From the IMG/VR virus record IMGVR_UViG_3300045988_176666: 38,953 nt of DNA; one strand, given 5' to 3'. Positions within the stretch are counted from its first letter, which is position 1. Each line of letters opens with the position of its first letter. This document shows positions 24,034 to 32,696 of this stretch, one piece after another. This DNA comes from a virus. Under the pieces are notes generated by a model. It did not search any database, was not told the DNA's origin, and worked only from the letters and a program-made list of their open reading frames with translations. Both the position numbers and the translations under genes were made by a program.

Positions 24034-24351
24034 ATGTCTGAGTCAGTCTTCCAATCAAAAGTTATCAGTATGGCTAAGTCTTTGGGTTGGGAGCATTACC
24101 ACACTCATGACTCCCGCCGGTCTGTCGCCGGATTTCCTGATCTTGTGCTCGTGCATCCGCAAAAGGGGTGGATTATCTATCGAGAGCTCAAGACTGAAAC
24201 GGGCAGGGTATCTCAAGCGCAATGGCACTGGGTAGGCATGTTGCGAGCATGCAGACAGGACGTTGACGTGTGGAGGCCGTCAGGTTTATTGGATGGTTCC
24301 ATCTTGCGTGACTTGAGCGCCGGACTTGGAGCCAAAGGAAAGAGTGAATAG
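24034..24351 (+). CDS. VRR-NUC domain nuclease
   Basis: The track ORF was trimmed to the ATG at 24034 (no overlap with the upstream gene). SESVFQSKVISMAKSLGW...GFPDLVLVHP...IYRELKTETGRVSQAQWHW follows the VRR-NUC (PD-(D/E)xK) pattern. Confidence 0.7.
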   Translation: MSESVFQSKVISMAKSLGWEHYHTHDSRRSVAGFPDLVLVHPQKGWIIYRELKTETGRVSQAQWHWVGMLRACRQDVDVWRPSGLLDGSILRDLSAGLGAKGKSE

Positions 24352-24354
24352 GAA

Positions 24355-25026
24355 ATGAACTTTAATCAGATTGCATCTGTTGAGCTGAGGCAGAGGGCAC
24401 AGCATTCTTTGAACCGTTTGTGTGTTGAGAATGTGCGGTTTGACTTAGATGAGGGAGACACCCCCGCGCCCGTGGAGCCTTGCTTGATTGCACAGCTGAC
24501 CGATGCGGTTATTCCATCAGGTGAGGTTGGAGGTGGCGGCCGCTCAGGTTCACGTTCTCCTGCCTCAGATGCAGCTATTGACCTGCTGGCCAGCATAGAG
24601 CATGAGGCATCAACTATCTTAGCCGCAATAACACATCACCCCGCGCTGCGTTCCCGATCCCCTCAGCTCATGGGAACCCTGCGCTGGATGAAGTCTAATC
24701 TGAATAAATGTGATGAAGACCAAGTACAACTTATCGGCGGGTATGCCTCCAAATGGTGCGAGGAGATTGTGGACTTTCTCAACCCTCGAAAGCGAACACC
24801 ATTATCCCGTGCCTGCCCCGCCTGCAAATATGAGACACACTGGACTATCAACCTTGACTTAGAGATGGTCAAAACCCCATGCCTACACGCTGTCTGGGAA
24901 GCGGATAGGGTGGCATTCATAGAATGCGGCTATTGTGGCACGACGTGGGGACGTCACTGTCTCTGGGAGGTTTTGACACCCCATGAATCTGTTGAGGCTG
25001 TACAGAAGCTACTAGGGGTTGCATAG
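24355..25026 (+). CDS. Hypothetical protein with C-terminal zinc ribbon (CPAC...CGYC), last gene before the packaging module
   Basis: 223 aa with a Gly/Ser-rich linker; ACPACKYETHW...IECGYCGTTW. Confidence 0.5.
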   Translation: MNFNQIASVELRQRAQHSLNRLCVENVRFDLDEGDTPAPVEPCLIAQLTDAVIPSGEVGGGGRSGSRSPASDAAIDLLASIEHEASTILAAITHHPALRSRSPQLMGTLRWMKSNLNKCDEDQVQLIGGYASKWCEEIVDFLNPRKRTPLSRACPACKYETHWTINLDLEMVKTPCLHAVWEADRVAFIECGYCGTTWGRHCLWEVLTPHESVEAVQKLLGVA

Positions 25027-25149
25027 CGCAAAACGTTCATGTATAGTCGCATTGCTCACCTGAGGTATGCCCACAGGCGAGCATCGTTGAAACTCTTTCT
25101 AAAATCTTGTCCTAATCTTTCAACGATGATTCTTATGAAGGCGGCTCTT

Positions 25150-25461
25150 ATGTCCTGGTCAACCAGCACACGCAAGAGCCGCCTTCCTGAGAATTGGGAA
25201 GCCCTTCGACTTGAAGTCAGAGACCGCGCCGGTGGGCGATGCGAATACGCAGACGCGAACGGACGTTGCACAAACGTTGGAAACCAATGTGATCACATCA
25301 TCCGTGGCGATGACCACTCTAAGGCTAACCTGCAATGGCTATGCACGAAGCATCACGCAATCAAATCATCACGTGAAGGCGGAAGCGCGAAACGCCGCCG
25401 ATTCAAAAGAAAAAGCAAGCTCTCATCCTGGAACCAAGAAGGGCATCCAGGATATGCATAA
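25150..25461 (+). CDS. HNH endonuclease (terminase-associated type)
   Basis: The track ORF was trimmed to the Met at 25150; 25126 and 25135 are alternative starts. LPENWEALRLEVRDRAGGRCE...CDHII...NLQWLCTKHHAIKS. Lies directly upstream of terS/terL. Confidence 0.8.
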   Translation: MSWSTSTRKSRLPENWEALRLEVRDRAGGRCEYADANGRCTNVGNQCDHIIRGDDHSKANLQWLCTKHHAIKSSREGGSAKRRRFKRKSKLSSWNQEGHPGYA

Positions 25462-25640
25462 GGAGGGGAAACAGTGAATAAAAATGCAAACACTGTTTCA
25501 GGATACCCAGGGGCAACCCCTCCCCCCACCCCACCTAGCCCGCTTCGCGTATAGGCGCTCGGAAAATGTACGGGTTTTAGGTTTTTTTAGACCACAGAAA
25601 CGATAATTTATTCATACTCATGCATGGAATGGGAGTGATG
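25462..25640. other. Candidate cos/packaging-initiation region
   Basis: 179-nt non-coding gap between HNH and terS. It contains ggggcaacccc, a C-rich tract (25517-25535) and an AT-rich stretch. Assignment rests on position only. Confidence 0.3.
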
Positions 25641-26066
25641 ATGGGCACACGTGGACCCGTACCGAAGCGCTCCGAATCTCGTGTGAGGCGCAATAAGTCA
25701 GAGACCGAAACCATCACCGCTGCAGGCGGCCGCAAGGTAACCATTCCCCGCATGAACGGGCAGTGGCACCCCGTCGCTAAGATGATGTGGCGCTCTGCCA
25801 AAGAATCCGGCCAGGCACAATTCTATGAATCGACTGACTGGGCTACCCTCTATTCCCTGTGCGACAACATGACATACGCGCTCGCACAAAAGAAGCGCCC
25901 GGCGCAGCTCATACAGACTATATACTCCGAACTTAGTAACCTCCTCTTTACTGAGGGTGCCCGCCGCCGCGTGCAAGTAGAACTGAACCGCCCGCAACAA
26001 GACGATCAGGGCACGAGTCAAGAGGCGGCGATGGAAGCATGGGGACAGAAATTCAAGGTCATCTAG
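25641..26066 (+). CDS. terS: Terminase small subunit (P27-family-like)
   Basis: MGTRGPVPKRSESRVRRNK...W...L...D...L..C layout. The start was chosen 6 nt after gggag; in-frame ATGs at 25620/25629/25638 are alternatives. Confidence 0.65.
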   Translation: MGTRGPVPKRSESRVRRNKSETETITAAGGRKVTIPRMNGQWHPVAKMMWRSAKESGQAQFYESTDWATLYSLCDNMTYALAQKKRPAQLIQTIYSELSNLLFTEGARRRVQVELNRPQQDDQGTSQEAAMEAWGQKFKVI

Positions 26067-27718
26067 ACCAAACCAAACTGCCACCCCGTGAACGAACCCA
26101 CCTCTTACCTCCAAACATCCCGAAGCTGTCCTTAGGATGGGGCGTAGCAGCATGGATGATGGAAAACCTCATACAGCCCAATGGCCCAAAGGCGGGTCAG
26201 CCGTTCACACCGACAGATGGGCAGGTAGAGTTCCTACTCCACTTCTACGCCGTCAATGAGAATGGGGAATGGCTCTACTCGCATGCTGCCCGCCGTCTCG
26301 CTAAAGGCTCTGGCAAATCCCCCTTCGCTGCAGCTGTGGCGCTCGCCGAGCTCTGCGGGCCGGTGCGCGTGGATAAGATAAACAAAGACCACCCCAAGCC
26401 TTGGATGCGTGTTATTGGAAAGCCAATGAGCATGCCACTTGTGCAGATCGCCGCAACCTCAGAGGCACAGACACTAAACACTATGCGTATGGTTCGCGCA
26501 TTCGCCGGAAAACGTAGCAAGCTCGCAAAAAAATACGGGCTTGAGACAGGCAAAACACAGGTTGAGACACCCGAGGGCGGCTTGCTCATGCAGATTACCG
26601 CCTCAAGCTCATCAGCAGAAGGTGCGGAAGCATCTTTCGTTGTAGCCGATGAGACCGAGCACTGGCTGCCCGGCGGCGGCGGCCCCGCAATGGCCGAAAC
26701 ACTACGTCAGAACCTTGTGAAAACCGGCGGCCGTATGATGGAGACATCCAACGCATGGGTGCCCGGCGTAGGCTCCGTAGCAGAAGCGACCTTCAACGAC
26801 TGGTGCGACCAGGAAGAGGGCAAGCTCATTAAAGAGACCAAAATTCTTTATGATGCTCGCATTGCCCCGCATAACACATCTCTAACTGACAAGCCTGATG
26901 AGGGCCAAATAAGCCTCACCGAAGCACTAGAGTATGTCTATGCGGATTGCCCTTGGGCGGTACTGCGATCCATCAAAGAGCAAATCTGGACGCCGAGCTA
27001 CCCGGTATCACGCTCCAGAAGATTTTTCCTCAACCAGCCGAACGCTGTAGATACCGCATGGGTAACCGTGCAGCAGTGGTCACAGCTTGCAGACCCAGAA
27101 CGTGAGCTGATTGACGGTGAGGAAGTCGTGCTGTTCTTCGACGGCTCTAAATCAAACGACCACACCGCACTCGTGGGATGCTGCATGCAAGACGGACATG
27201 TTTTCACAATTGGCGTGTGGGCACCGGATGAAAAAACCGGTGTGATTGACGCAGACGCCGTTGACGCGGCCGTCGCAAGAACCTTTGACCGCTTCGAGGT
27301 GATCGCCTTCTTCGCAGACGTCCGAGAGTGGGAATCCTACGTGAAGAAATCATGGCCAGACACCTATAAAGAAAAGCTGTTGCTCTGGGCCGTACCGAGC
27401 GGAAAAGCGAAATCCCCCATCGCATGGGATATGCGCTCGCACGGGTACGAATTTGCAGAAGCAGCGGAAATGTGCCATGCAGAAATCATCGACAAGGGAT
27501 TCACACATGACGGAAACTGGGAAACCTCAAAACATATTGGAAACGCCCGCGCAACGGAATCACGCGGCCGCATCACCATTAAAAAAGAGTCTCCCAAATC
27601 GCCCAATAAGATTGACGCGGCCGTCTGCGTCATTGGCGCTCGCATGGTCTACCGCGCCGTTCTAGCGTCCAAGCAATGGGAAGAACGAAACAACACAGCA
27701 GAATTTATCGTCTGGTAG
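26039..27718 (+). CDS. terL: Terminase large subunit
   Basis: 559 aa. Walker A-like RRLAKGSGKSPFAAA, Walker B/catalytic FVVADETEHW, and a C-terminal RNase H-like nuclease half (VLFFDGSKSNDHTAL...IDAAV). Confidence 0.9.
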   Translation: MGTEIQGHLDQTKLPPRERTHLLPPNIPKLSLGWGVAAWMMENLIQPNGPKAGQPFTPTDGQVEFLLHFYAVNENGEWLYSHAARRLAKGSGKSPFAAAVALAELCGPVRVDKINKDHPKPWMRVIGKPMSMPLVQIAATSEAQTLNTMRMVRAFAGKRSKLAKKYGLETGKTQVETPEGGLLMQITASSSSAEGAEASFVVADETEHWLPGGGGPAMAETLRQNLVKTGGRMMETSNAWVPGVGSVAEATFNDWCDQEEGKLIKETKILYDARIAPHNTSLTDKPDEGQISLTEALEYVYADCPWAVLRSIKEQIWTPSYPVSRSRRFFLNQPNAVDTAWVTVQQWSQLADPERELIDGEEVVLFFDGSKSNDHTALVGCCMQDGHVFTIGVWAPDEKTGVIDADAVDAAVARTFDRFEVIAFFADVREWESYVKKSWPDTYKEKLLLWAVPSGKAKSPIAWDMRSHGYEFAEAAEMCHAEIIDKGFTHDGNWETSKHIGNARATESRGRITIKKESPKSPNKIDAAVCVIGARMVYRAVLASKQWEERNNTAEFIVW

Positions 27719-27726
27719 GAGGTGCA

Positions 27727-28992
27727 ATGTCCTTAGAAAAACTGGCTAAAAAGCTGACCCCATCCGCAGAATATGCCAAATGGGAAGCATACTACGCCGA
27801 TAAACACCGCCTCGACGCAATCGGCATATCACTACCCCCAGAAACGCGAGTACTCGAACTCATAGTATCCTGGCCCGCGCTCGCTGTTGATGTGCTCGAC
27901 GAAGTTCTGAATATTGAGGGATTTTCACTCTCTTCTGACGCCGAAGTGCCAAAGACACTGTGGAATTGGTGGCAGCGCAATAATTTAGACACGCTCAGCT
28001 CCCAGATTCACACTGAGGCGCTTATTCAAGGTATATCCTACATTGTGATAGGCGGCCGTGACGATAAAACCCCTCGATTCACCGGGCATACCGCCAAGGA
28101 AATAGTTGTCGATACCAACAGCAACGGTGAAATTAGCGAAGCGCTGCAAAAGTACCGTGTCAATGGCAAAGATTATTTGGCACACTACGTTCCCGGCTTT
28201 GTGAATTTCTATGAGGGCACGCGATACGGGATGACTCTCATATCCTCTGGAGAGACCAACACGAACTATATTCCAGTGGTGCCAGTCGTCAATCGCGGCG
28301 CACTGAAAACCAGGAATACCGTAGGTGTCTCTGAAATGAAAGGCGTCGTAGGGTACACCGATGCAGCGTCCCGCTCCATCACAAACCTGCAGGTCGCCCA
28401 GGAAATTCTCGCCATGCCGCAACGCTACCTATTCGGTAACGGGCTTGAAACCCTCAAAGGTCCAGACGGGCAGCCAAAGACCAAGCTAGAGGCATACATG
28501 GGTCTACTCTGGACTGGCCCCGCAGGCTCAACCGCAGGGCAGCTACCCGGCGCGGACCTATCGCAGATCATTAACTCTGTGAAAATGTACGCGCAAATGG
28601 TCAGCTCAGTTGCAGGAATCCCGCCGTCATTCCTCGGCATCTCAACAGACAACCCAGCGTCCGCCGAAGCAATGCGCGCCGCAAAAGAACGCCTCATCAC
28701 GAAGGCAGAAAGAAAGCAAGCAGCCTTCGGCGACGCCTGGGAACAAGCAATGCGCATCGCCCTAGACATGTTCGGCCACCACATCGACGAAGCAGACACC
28801 CTAGAGGTGCTGTGGCGCGACCCCGCCACCCCCTCACAGTCTGCCAAAGCAGCAAACATGCTCCAGGCGCACGCCCAAGGCGTCATCAGTGCAAAAACAG
28901 CCCGCGAAGGACTGCCTCTCACCCCCGAACAACGCGCCTACGAAGACGCCAACCAAGGCGCAGGAGGTGAACTCTTCAAGGAGGTCTTCTAA
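27727..28992 (+). CDS. Portal protein (SPP1 gp6-like)
   Basis: The track ORF was trimmed to the ATG at 27727 (aggagg upstream). 421 aa, immediately after terL. Typical portal size and acidic/helical C-terminus. Confidence 0.8.
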   Translation: MSLEKLAKKLTPSAEYAKWEAYYADKHRLDAIGISLPPETRVLELIVSWPALAVDVLDEVLNIEGFSLSSDAEVPKTLWNWWQRNNLDTLSSQIHTEALIQGISYIVIGGRDDKTPRFTGHTAKEIVVDTNSNGEISEALQKYRVNGKDYLAHYVPGFVNFYEGTRYGMTLISSGETNTNYIPVVPVVNRGALKTRNTVGVSEMKGVVGYTDAASRSITNLQVAQEILAMPQRYLFGNGLETLKGPDGQPKTKLEAYMGLLWTGPAGSTAGQLPGADLSQIINSVKMYAQMVSSVAGIPPSFLGISTDNPASAEAMRAAKERLITKAERKQAAFGDAWEQAMRIALDMFGHHIDEADTLEVLWRDPATPSQSAKAANMLQAHAQGVISAKTAREGLPLTPEQRAYEDANQGAGGELFKEVF

Positions 28993-30644
28993 TGCCAGAC
29001 ATTCAGGACCCCCTCGAAGAATCATTCCAGGCATACCTCGCCGCGCTCGCCAAAATGCAGAAGGGATTTCTGCGCGAGCTGTTCCGCATCATCCAGGCGG
29101 GATACCAGGAAGCAGACAAAGAGGGCACAATCGAGTCACTAGTGTCTCCCCTGGTATCCCTCGTGCGCGATTACCGCAAACGTGCACACGGGTACACCGC
29201 AAACTTCTTGATGGAGCAAGCGGAGATAAACGGTGCAGGACAGCCTGTGATTGCTCCCGATGCTGTAGGGTACTCCGAAACAGCAGTACGTACTGTGCTG
29301 CACAGCAAAATGCGTGTGAATGCGATGGAAACATGGGTGGCGACCGCTGGCACTTTTGCCCGTGCAGTCAATAATGTCACCCGTGAGACCGTTATCGCCT
29401 CATCTGAGATGACGGCCGCGCAACACCCGGCCGCCTTCAAAGAGATTCAGATAGAAGACCTCGATACACTCGCAGATGAGCTCGGCGAGGAGAACTTTTC
29501 GGCATCCGACGCCTGGGATGATCTGGTACTCCAAGCAGACGAAGCTGAGGCGCGTAAAAAACTGGATGAGCTGCGCCCCGATGATGCAGATAGCCGCACC
29601 GAATGGGACGGCATCGAATCCCGCGAAGGTGTCTATAAGAAGATTCTGACCGGTGATTACGACGACCAGGGGAACCCTCGGAAGCCCTTCGCCTGGGCAC
29701 GTGTCCTGGTGGGCGCACAAAACTGTCACTTCTGTATAATGCTGGCAGCCCGTGGACCCGCATACGCCACCAAGGACTCAGCACTATTCCGCAAAAGCAA
29801 GGGTAAGAAGAACGCAAATTCGCCTATCTCACGCCTGCGGAACGAAATTGACCGGGCACGATCCGCCAAGGGAAAACAGCGTTTTCACGACTTCTGCGAC
29901 TGCGAAGTCGTGCCCGTGTTCAACCGTGAGAGCTGGCCTGGCAAACAACAGTATGAAGCTGCCCGCCAAATGTGGGAGGCAGCCCAAGACGAAGCAGACA
30001 GGCACAACACGGAGGCTATCGCCACCGCAAGGCTCAAATCGGAACTAACAGGCAAAAAAGTTAAACCAGACACCACGGACACGGTAACAGTCCTGAAACG
30101 CTACGCTGGGACGTTCAAGCATCGTGGATGGTCACTGGATTTCGACCCGCTCAAACCTGAGAATCCACAGGATGACGGGTGGGAGATGAAAAATTGGCAG
30201 TGGCGGCCGCCCGCAACTGGAGACCCTATCACCCGGTCGAACTTGATTAGGCATCGTCTAACAGATAGCGATAAAAAACATATCTGGAATGGAGAAGCTG
30301 ATAAGCGCAAGGGCGGGCACCACCCCGGCGCAAATCGCCCTAACAAAACCGAATTCCCCGCCAACTGGAGTAAAAATGAAGCGCTCCATAATGTGCAGCG
30401 TACCATCGATTCACCAGATATTGTGCACACCAGCGGAGACGCCGTAGAACACTACAAACTAATCGACGGCGTAGTCCTAAAGGCGAAATTCAGAGAGACC
30501 TCAGAAGGTAGCGAATTTATTACAGCCTTTCCAGACCGTGGACGTGGGGTTTATGCTAATCTGCTTGATACAGGGATAAAGCTCAGAGCGCCACTCGTGA
30601 CGCCTGGAGAGTACAAGAACGGGACATGGCATGAAATTGTCTAA
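28992..30644 (+). CDS. MuF/SPP1 gp7-like minor head protein fused to a C-terminal EndoU-like nuclease (toxin) domain
   Basis: 550 aa. MuF core ends with NCHFCIMLAARGP...RFHDFCDCEVVP (about aa 240-310). After a ~110-aa linker, the C-terminus has KKHIWNGEADKRKGGHHPGANRPNKTEFPANWSKNEALHNV...FITAFP, resembling the EndoU H-x-x-x-G-E / G-G-H-H / K-x-x-F-P-x-x-W signature. Confidence 0.65.
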   Translation: MPDIQDPLEESFQAYLAALAKMQKGFLRELFRIIQAGYQEADKEGTIESLVSPLVSLVRDYRKRAHGYTANFLMEQAEINGAGQPVIAPDAVGYSETAVRTVLHSKMRVNAMETWVATAGTFARAVNNVTRETVIASSEMTAAQHPAAFKEIQIEDLDTLADELGEENFSASDAWDDLVLQADEAEARKKLDELRPDDADSRTEWDGIESREGVYKKILTGDYDDQGNPRKPFAWARVLVGAQNCHFCIMLAARGPAYATKDSALFRKSKGKKNANSPISRLRNEIDRARSAKGKQRFHDFCDCEVVPVFNRESWPGKQQYEAARQMWEAAQDEADRHNTEAIATARLKSELTGKKVKPDTTDTVTVLKRYAGTFKHRGWSLDFDPLKPENPQDDGWEMKNWQWRPPATGDPITRSNLIRHRLTDSDKKHIWNGEADKRKGGHHPGANRPNKTEFPANWSKNEALHNVQRTIDSPDIVHTSGDAVEHYKLIDGVVLKAKFRETSEGSEFITAFPDRGRGVYANLLDTGIKLRAPLVTPGEYKNGTWHEIV

Positions 30645-31011
30645 GACAGACCTAAAATATGGTCTATCCGCCGCCACCAGCTTCAACCAAGCGCTGCAAG
30701 AGATACCACAAAACAGCGCAATGCTAGGAGGTTCAGGTGCAGGTGAGGAAGAGGACGCAATATTTCATCTCGACCAGCTGCGGACACACCCAAATATCAA
30801 AGTGCCAGCAGAAGAGTACGTAAATTTTGCGCACCTATTCCGTTTAGATTGGTCTAATAAAGCTGACGCATACGACCGCATGGCGACACAGGCGATCAGA
30901 GACATAAACAGCCGCCCGTACATCCAAGCAGAGTATGAGCGTCAGGGATTGCCGCCCGTAGACGGCCCAGAATCATACATCCTACTCGACAGACTAAACA
31001 AAGCAGCATAA
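30631..31011 (+). CDS. Hypothetical protein (126 aa), candidate immunity/neutralising partner of the EndoU-like domain
   Basis: Overlaps the MuF-toxin stop by 14 nt and is followed by an intrinsic terminator. It is an extra gene relative to the usual portal-MuF-scaffold-capsid order. No recognisable motif. Confidence 0.4.
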   Translation: MKLSKTDLKYGLSAATSFNQALQEIPQNSAMLGGSGAGEEEDAIFHLDQLRTHPNIKVPAEEYVNFAHLFRLDWSNKADAYDRMATQAIRDINSRPYIQAEYERQGLPPVDGPESYILLDRLNKAA

Positions 31012-31026
31012 CAATAAACGAAAAAA

Positions 31027-31055
31027 GGGAGCACCTGCCAGGTGCTCCCTTTTCT
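31027..31055 (+). terminator. Intrinsic terminator
   Basis: gggagcacct-gcc-aggtgctccc followed by ttttct; an A-run precedes it. Confidence 0.7.
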
Positions 31056-31078
31056 CATGCCCAAATTCAGGAGGAAAC

Positions 31079-31687
31079 GTGCCGAAGCCAGACGAACAGA
31101 AAAGTCTCGACGAAAAGATTAGCGACCAGGAAGAAAACGTCGAAGAGAACGCCGAAGCCACCGACCAGCAGTCACCGTGGGAGAAGAACGGCGAAGAATT
31201 CGATGCTGAACGCGCCGCAAAACTGATCCAGAACCTACGCGCCGAGCTCTCCGCCGCCAAAGCCAAGAACAAGGAAGCCGCACCAAGCGACGAACAAGAG
31301 GCAGAAGGCACAGAACCACAGGAAGCGGAAGAAACCCCCGCAGAAGAGCCAGCAGCAGCCAAGGAAGAGGAACCAGAGCTGCCGCAGCCCACACCGGAAC
31401 AACCCACGGAAGACATGGCAGCCCTCAAAGCCCAGCTAGTCGAAACAGAGCTCAAGCTCACCAAGACCCTAGCGCTCGCAGAGGCCGGGCTGTCCCTAGA
31501 TTTGCTCCCATACGTGCCAGGTAGCACGGAAGAAGAGATAAAGACCTCGATAGAGTTTCTGCTTAGCAAGTTCAACGAGGCGCGCTCCAGCTCACGCAGG
31601 CCGCCCTCTGTGAATCCTGCCCAGGTTAGCAGGGACCCCGCCGAGGACCCGAAAGAAAGCGCCGCCCGCGCCTTCTTCGGAATGTAA
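31079..31687 (+). CDS. Scaffolding protein
   Basis: 202 aa, GTG start after caggagga. Very acidic, Ala/Glu/Pro-rich and helical. Lies directly upstream of the major capsid gene. Confidence 0.6.
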   Translation: MPKPDEQKSLDEKISDQEENVEENAEATDQQSPWEKNGEEFDAERAAKLIQNLRAELSAAKAKNKEAAPSDEQEAEGTEPQEAEETPAEEPAAAKEEEPELPQPTPEQPTEDMAALKAQLVETELKLTKTLALAEAGLSLDLLPYVPGSTEEEIKTSIEFLLSKFNEARSSSRRPPSVNPAQVSRDPAEDPKESAARAFFGM

Positions 31688-31707
31688 TTACATATTTTCA
31701 GACCATC

Positions 31708-31734
31708 AAGCCCCGCCGATGCGGGGCTTTTTCT
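31708..31734 (+). terminator. Stem-loop with T-run between the scaffold and capsid genes
   Basis: aagccccgc-cgat-gcggggctt followed by tttct. Confidence 0.55.
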
Positions 31735-31758
31735 ATAACCAAAGAAAGTGAGTGAGCA

Positions 31759-32694
31759 ATGGCAGCAAACGCTACTACGTTTGAATCGCTCGTGCAGAAT
31801 GGCCTCATGCCTAAGCCTATAGCGCAGGAGATCATTCAGAAAGTTACTCAGGACTCCGTTGTGCGAAAGCTCGCGGGCACTACCCCCATGCCCATCACCG
31901 GCTCGACTATCGCGGTGCAGACCGGGCAGCCGCAGGCAGGCATTGTTGGTGCTGGCCAGCAGAAGCCGGTATCGAATATGACTGTCGCAACCAAGACTGT
32001 TAAGCCCATCAAGGCAGCCGTGATTGTCTACTGGGATAAAGAGTCTCGTATGGCGAACCCGGCCGGATACATTGACGTGCTCCAGGAGCAGGCAGCAGGG
32101 GCTCTTACCCGTGCCTTCGACCTGGCAATTCTGCACGGTAAGGACGCTCTGAGCGGTCAGGAAATCGCAGGTGTGGATTTCGTCAATAAGACCACCAAGC
32201 GCGTTGAGCTTGGCACCGCGAAGAAAGACGCAGGCGGTGTGGGTGCAGACCTGCTCGCCGGTTACGACCTAGTTGTGAACGACGCAGACCACCTGTGGAA
32301 CTTTGACGGCTTCGCAGCAGACGATACCCTGCGTACTCGCCTCATGATGCAGACCGATACCCTCGGCCGCCCCCTCTACACTAACAACCTGACTGACGCT
32401 ATGGGCACCATTCACGGCCTGCCCACCGCATACGGCCGCTCCGTAGGCGGAAAGATCGGCGCTGCACCTGATTCTAAAGTTCGCGCATTCGGCGGCGACT
32501 GGAGCCAGCTCAAGTACGGCTTCGCCGAAGACATCACCTTCCGCACCACCGATACCGCAACCATTGTTGACGGCTCCGAGACTGTGAACCTGTGGCAGCG
32601 CAACATGGAAGCATTCCTCGTAGAAGCAATTTTTGGATGGGTCATCACCGACACATCCGCATTCGTAGCATACGACGATAAGGTGGCGGGTTAA
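31759..32694 (+). CDS. Major capsid protein (HK97-fold)
   Basis: 311 aa. Position after the scaffold, plus typical size and composition. No prohead protease gene is present (SPP1-like head module). Confidence 0.8.
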   Translation: MAANATTFESLVQNGLMPKPIAQEIIQKVTQDSVVRKLAGTTPMPITGSTIAVQTGQPQAGIVGAGQQKPVSNMTVATKTVKPIKAAVIVYWDKESRMANPAGYIDVLQEQAAGALTRAFDLAILHGKDALSGQEIAGVDFVNKTTKRVELGTAKKDAGGVGADLLAGYDLVVNDADHLWNFDGFAADDTLRTRLMMQTDTLGRPLYTNNLTDAMGTIHGLPTAYGRSVGGKIGAAPDSKVRAFGGDWSQLKYGFAEDITFRTTDTATIVDGSETVNLWQRNMEAFLVEAIFGWVITDTSAFVAYDDKVAG

Positions 32695-32696
32695 TC

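Noticed and set aside
25528-25543. 16-nt exact match accccacctagcccgc between the candidate cos region and the hairpin after the major tail gene (35061-35076)
   Set aside because: For a 39-kb GC-biased sequence, roughly 0.2 or more such same-strand 16-mer coincidences are expected by chance. The match does not extend and has no symmetric partner, so it is kept only as a note.
30994-32136. 380-aa minus-strand ORF
   Set aside because: It is antisense to the scaffold gene and the start of the major capsid gene. Its composition is Ser/Ala/Gly-rich and shadow-like, it has no RBS, and it would cross two + strand terminators.
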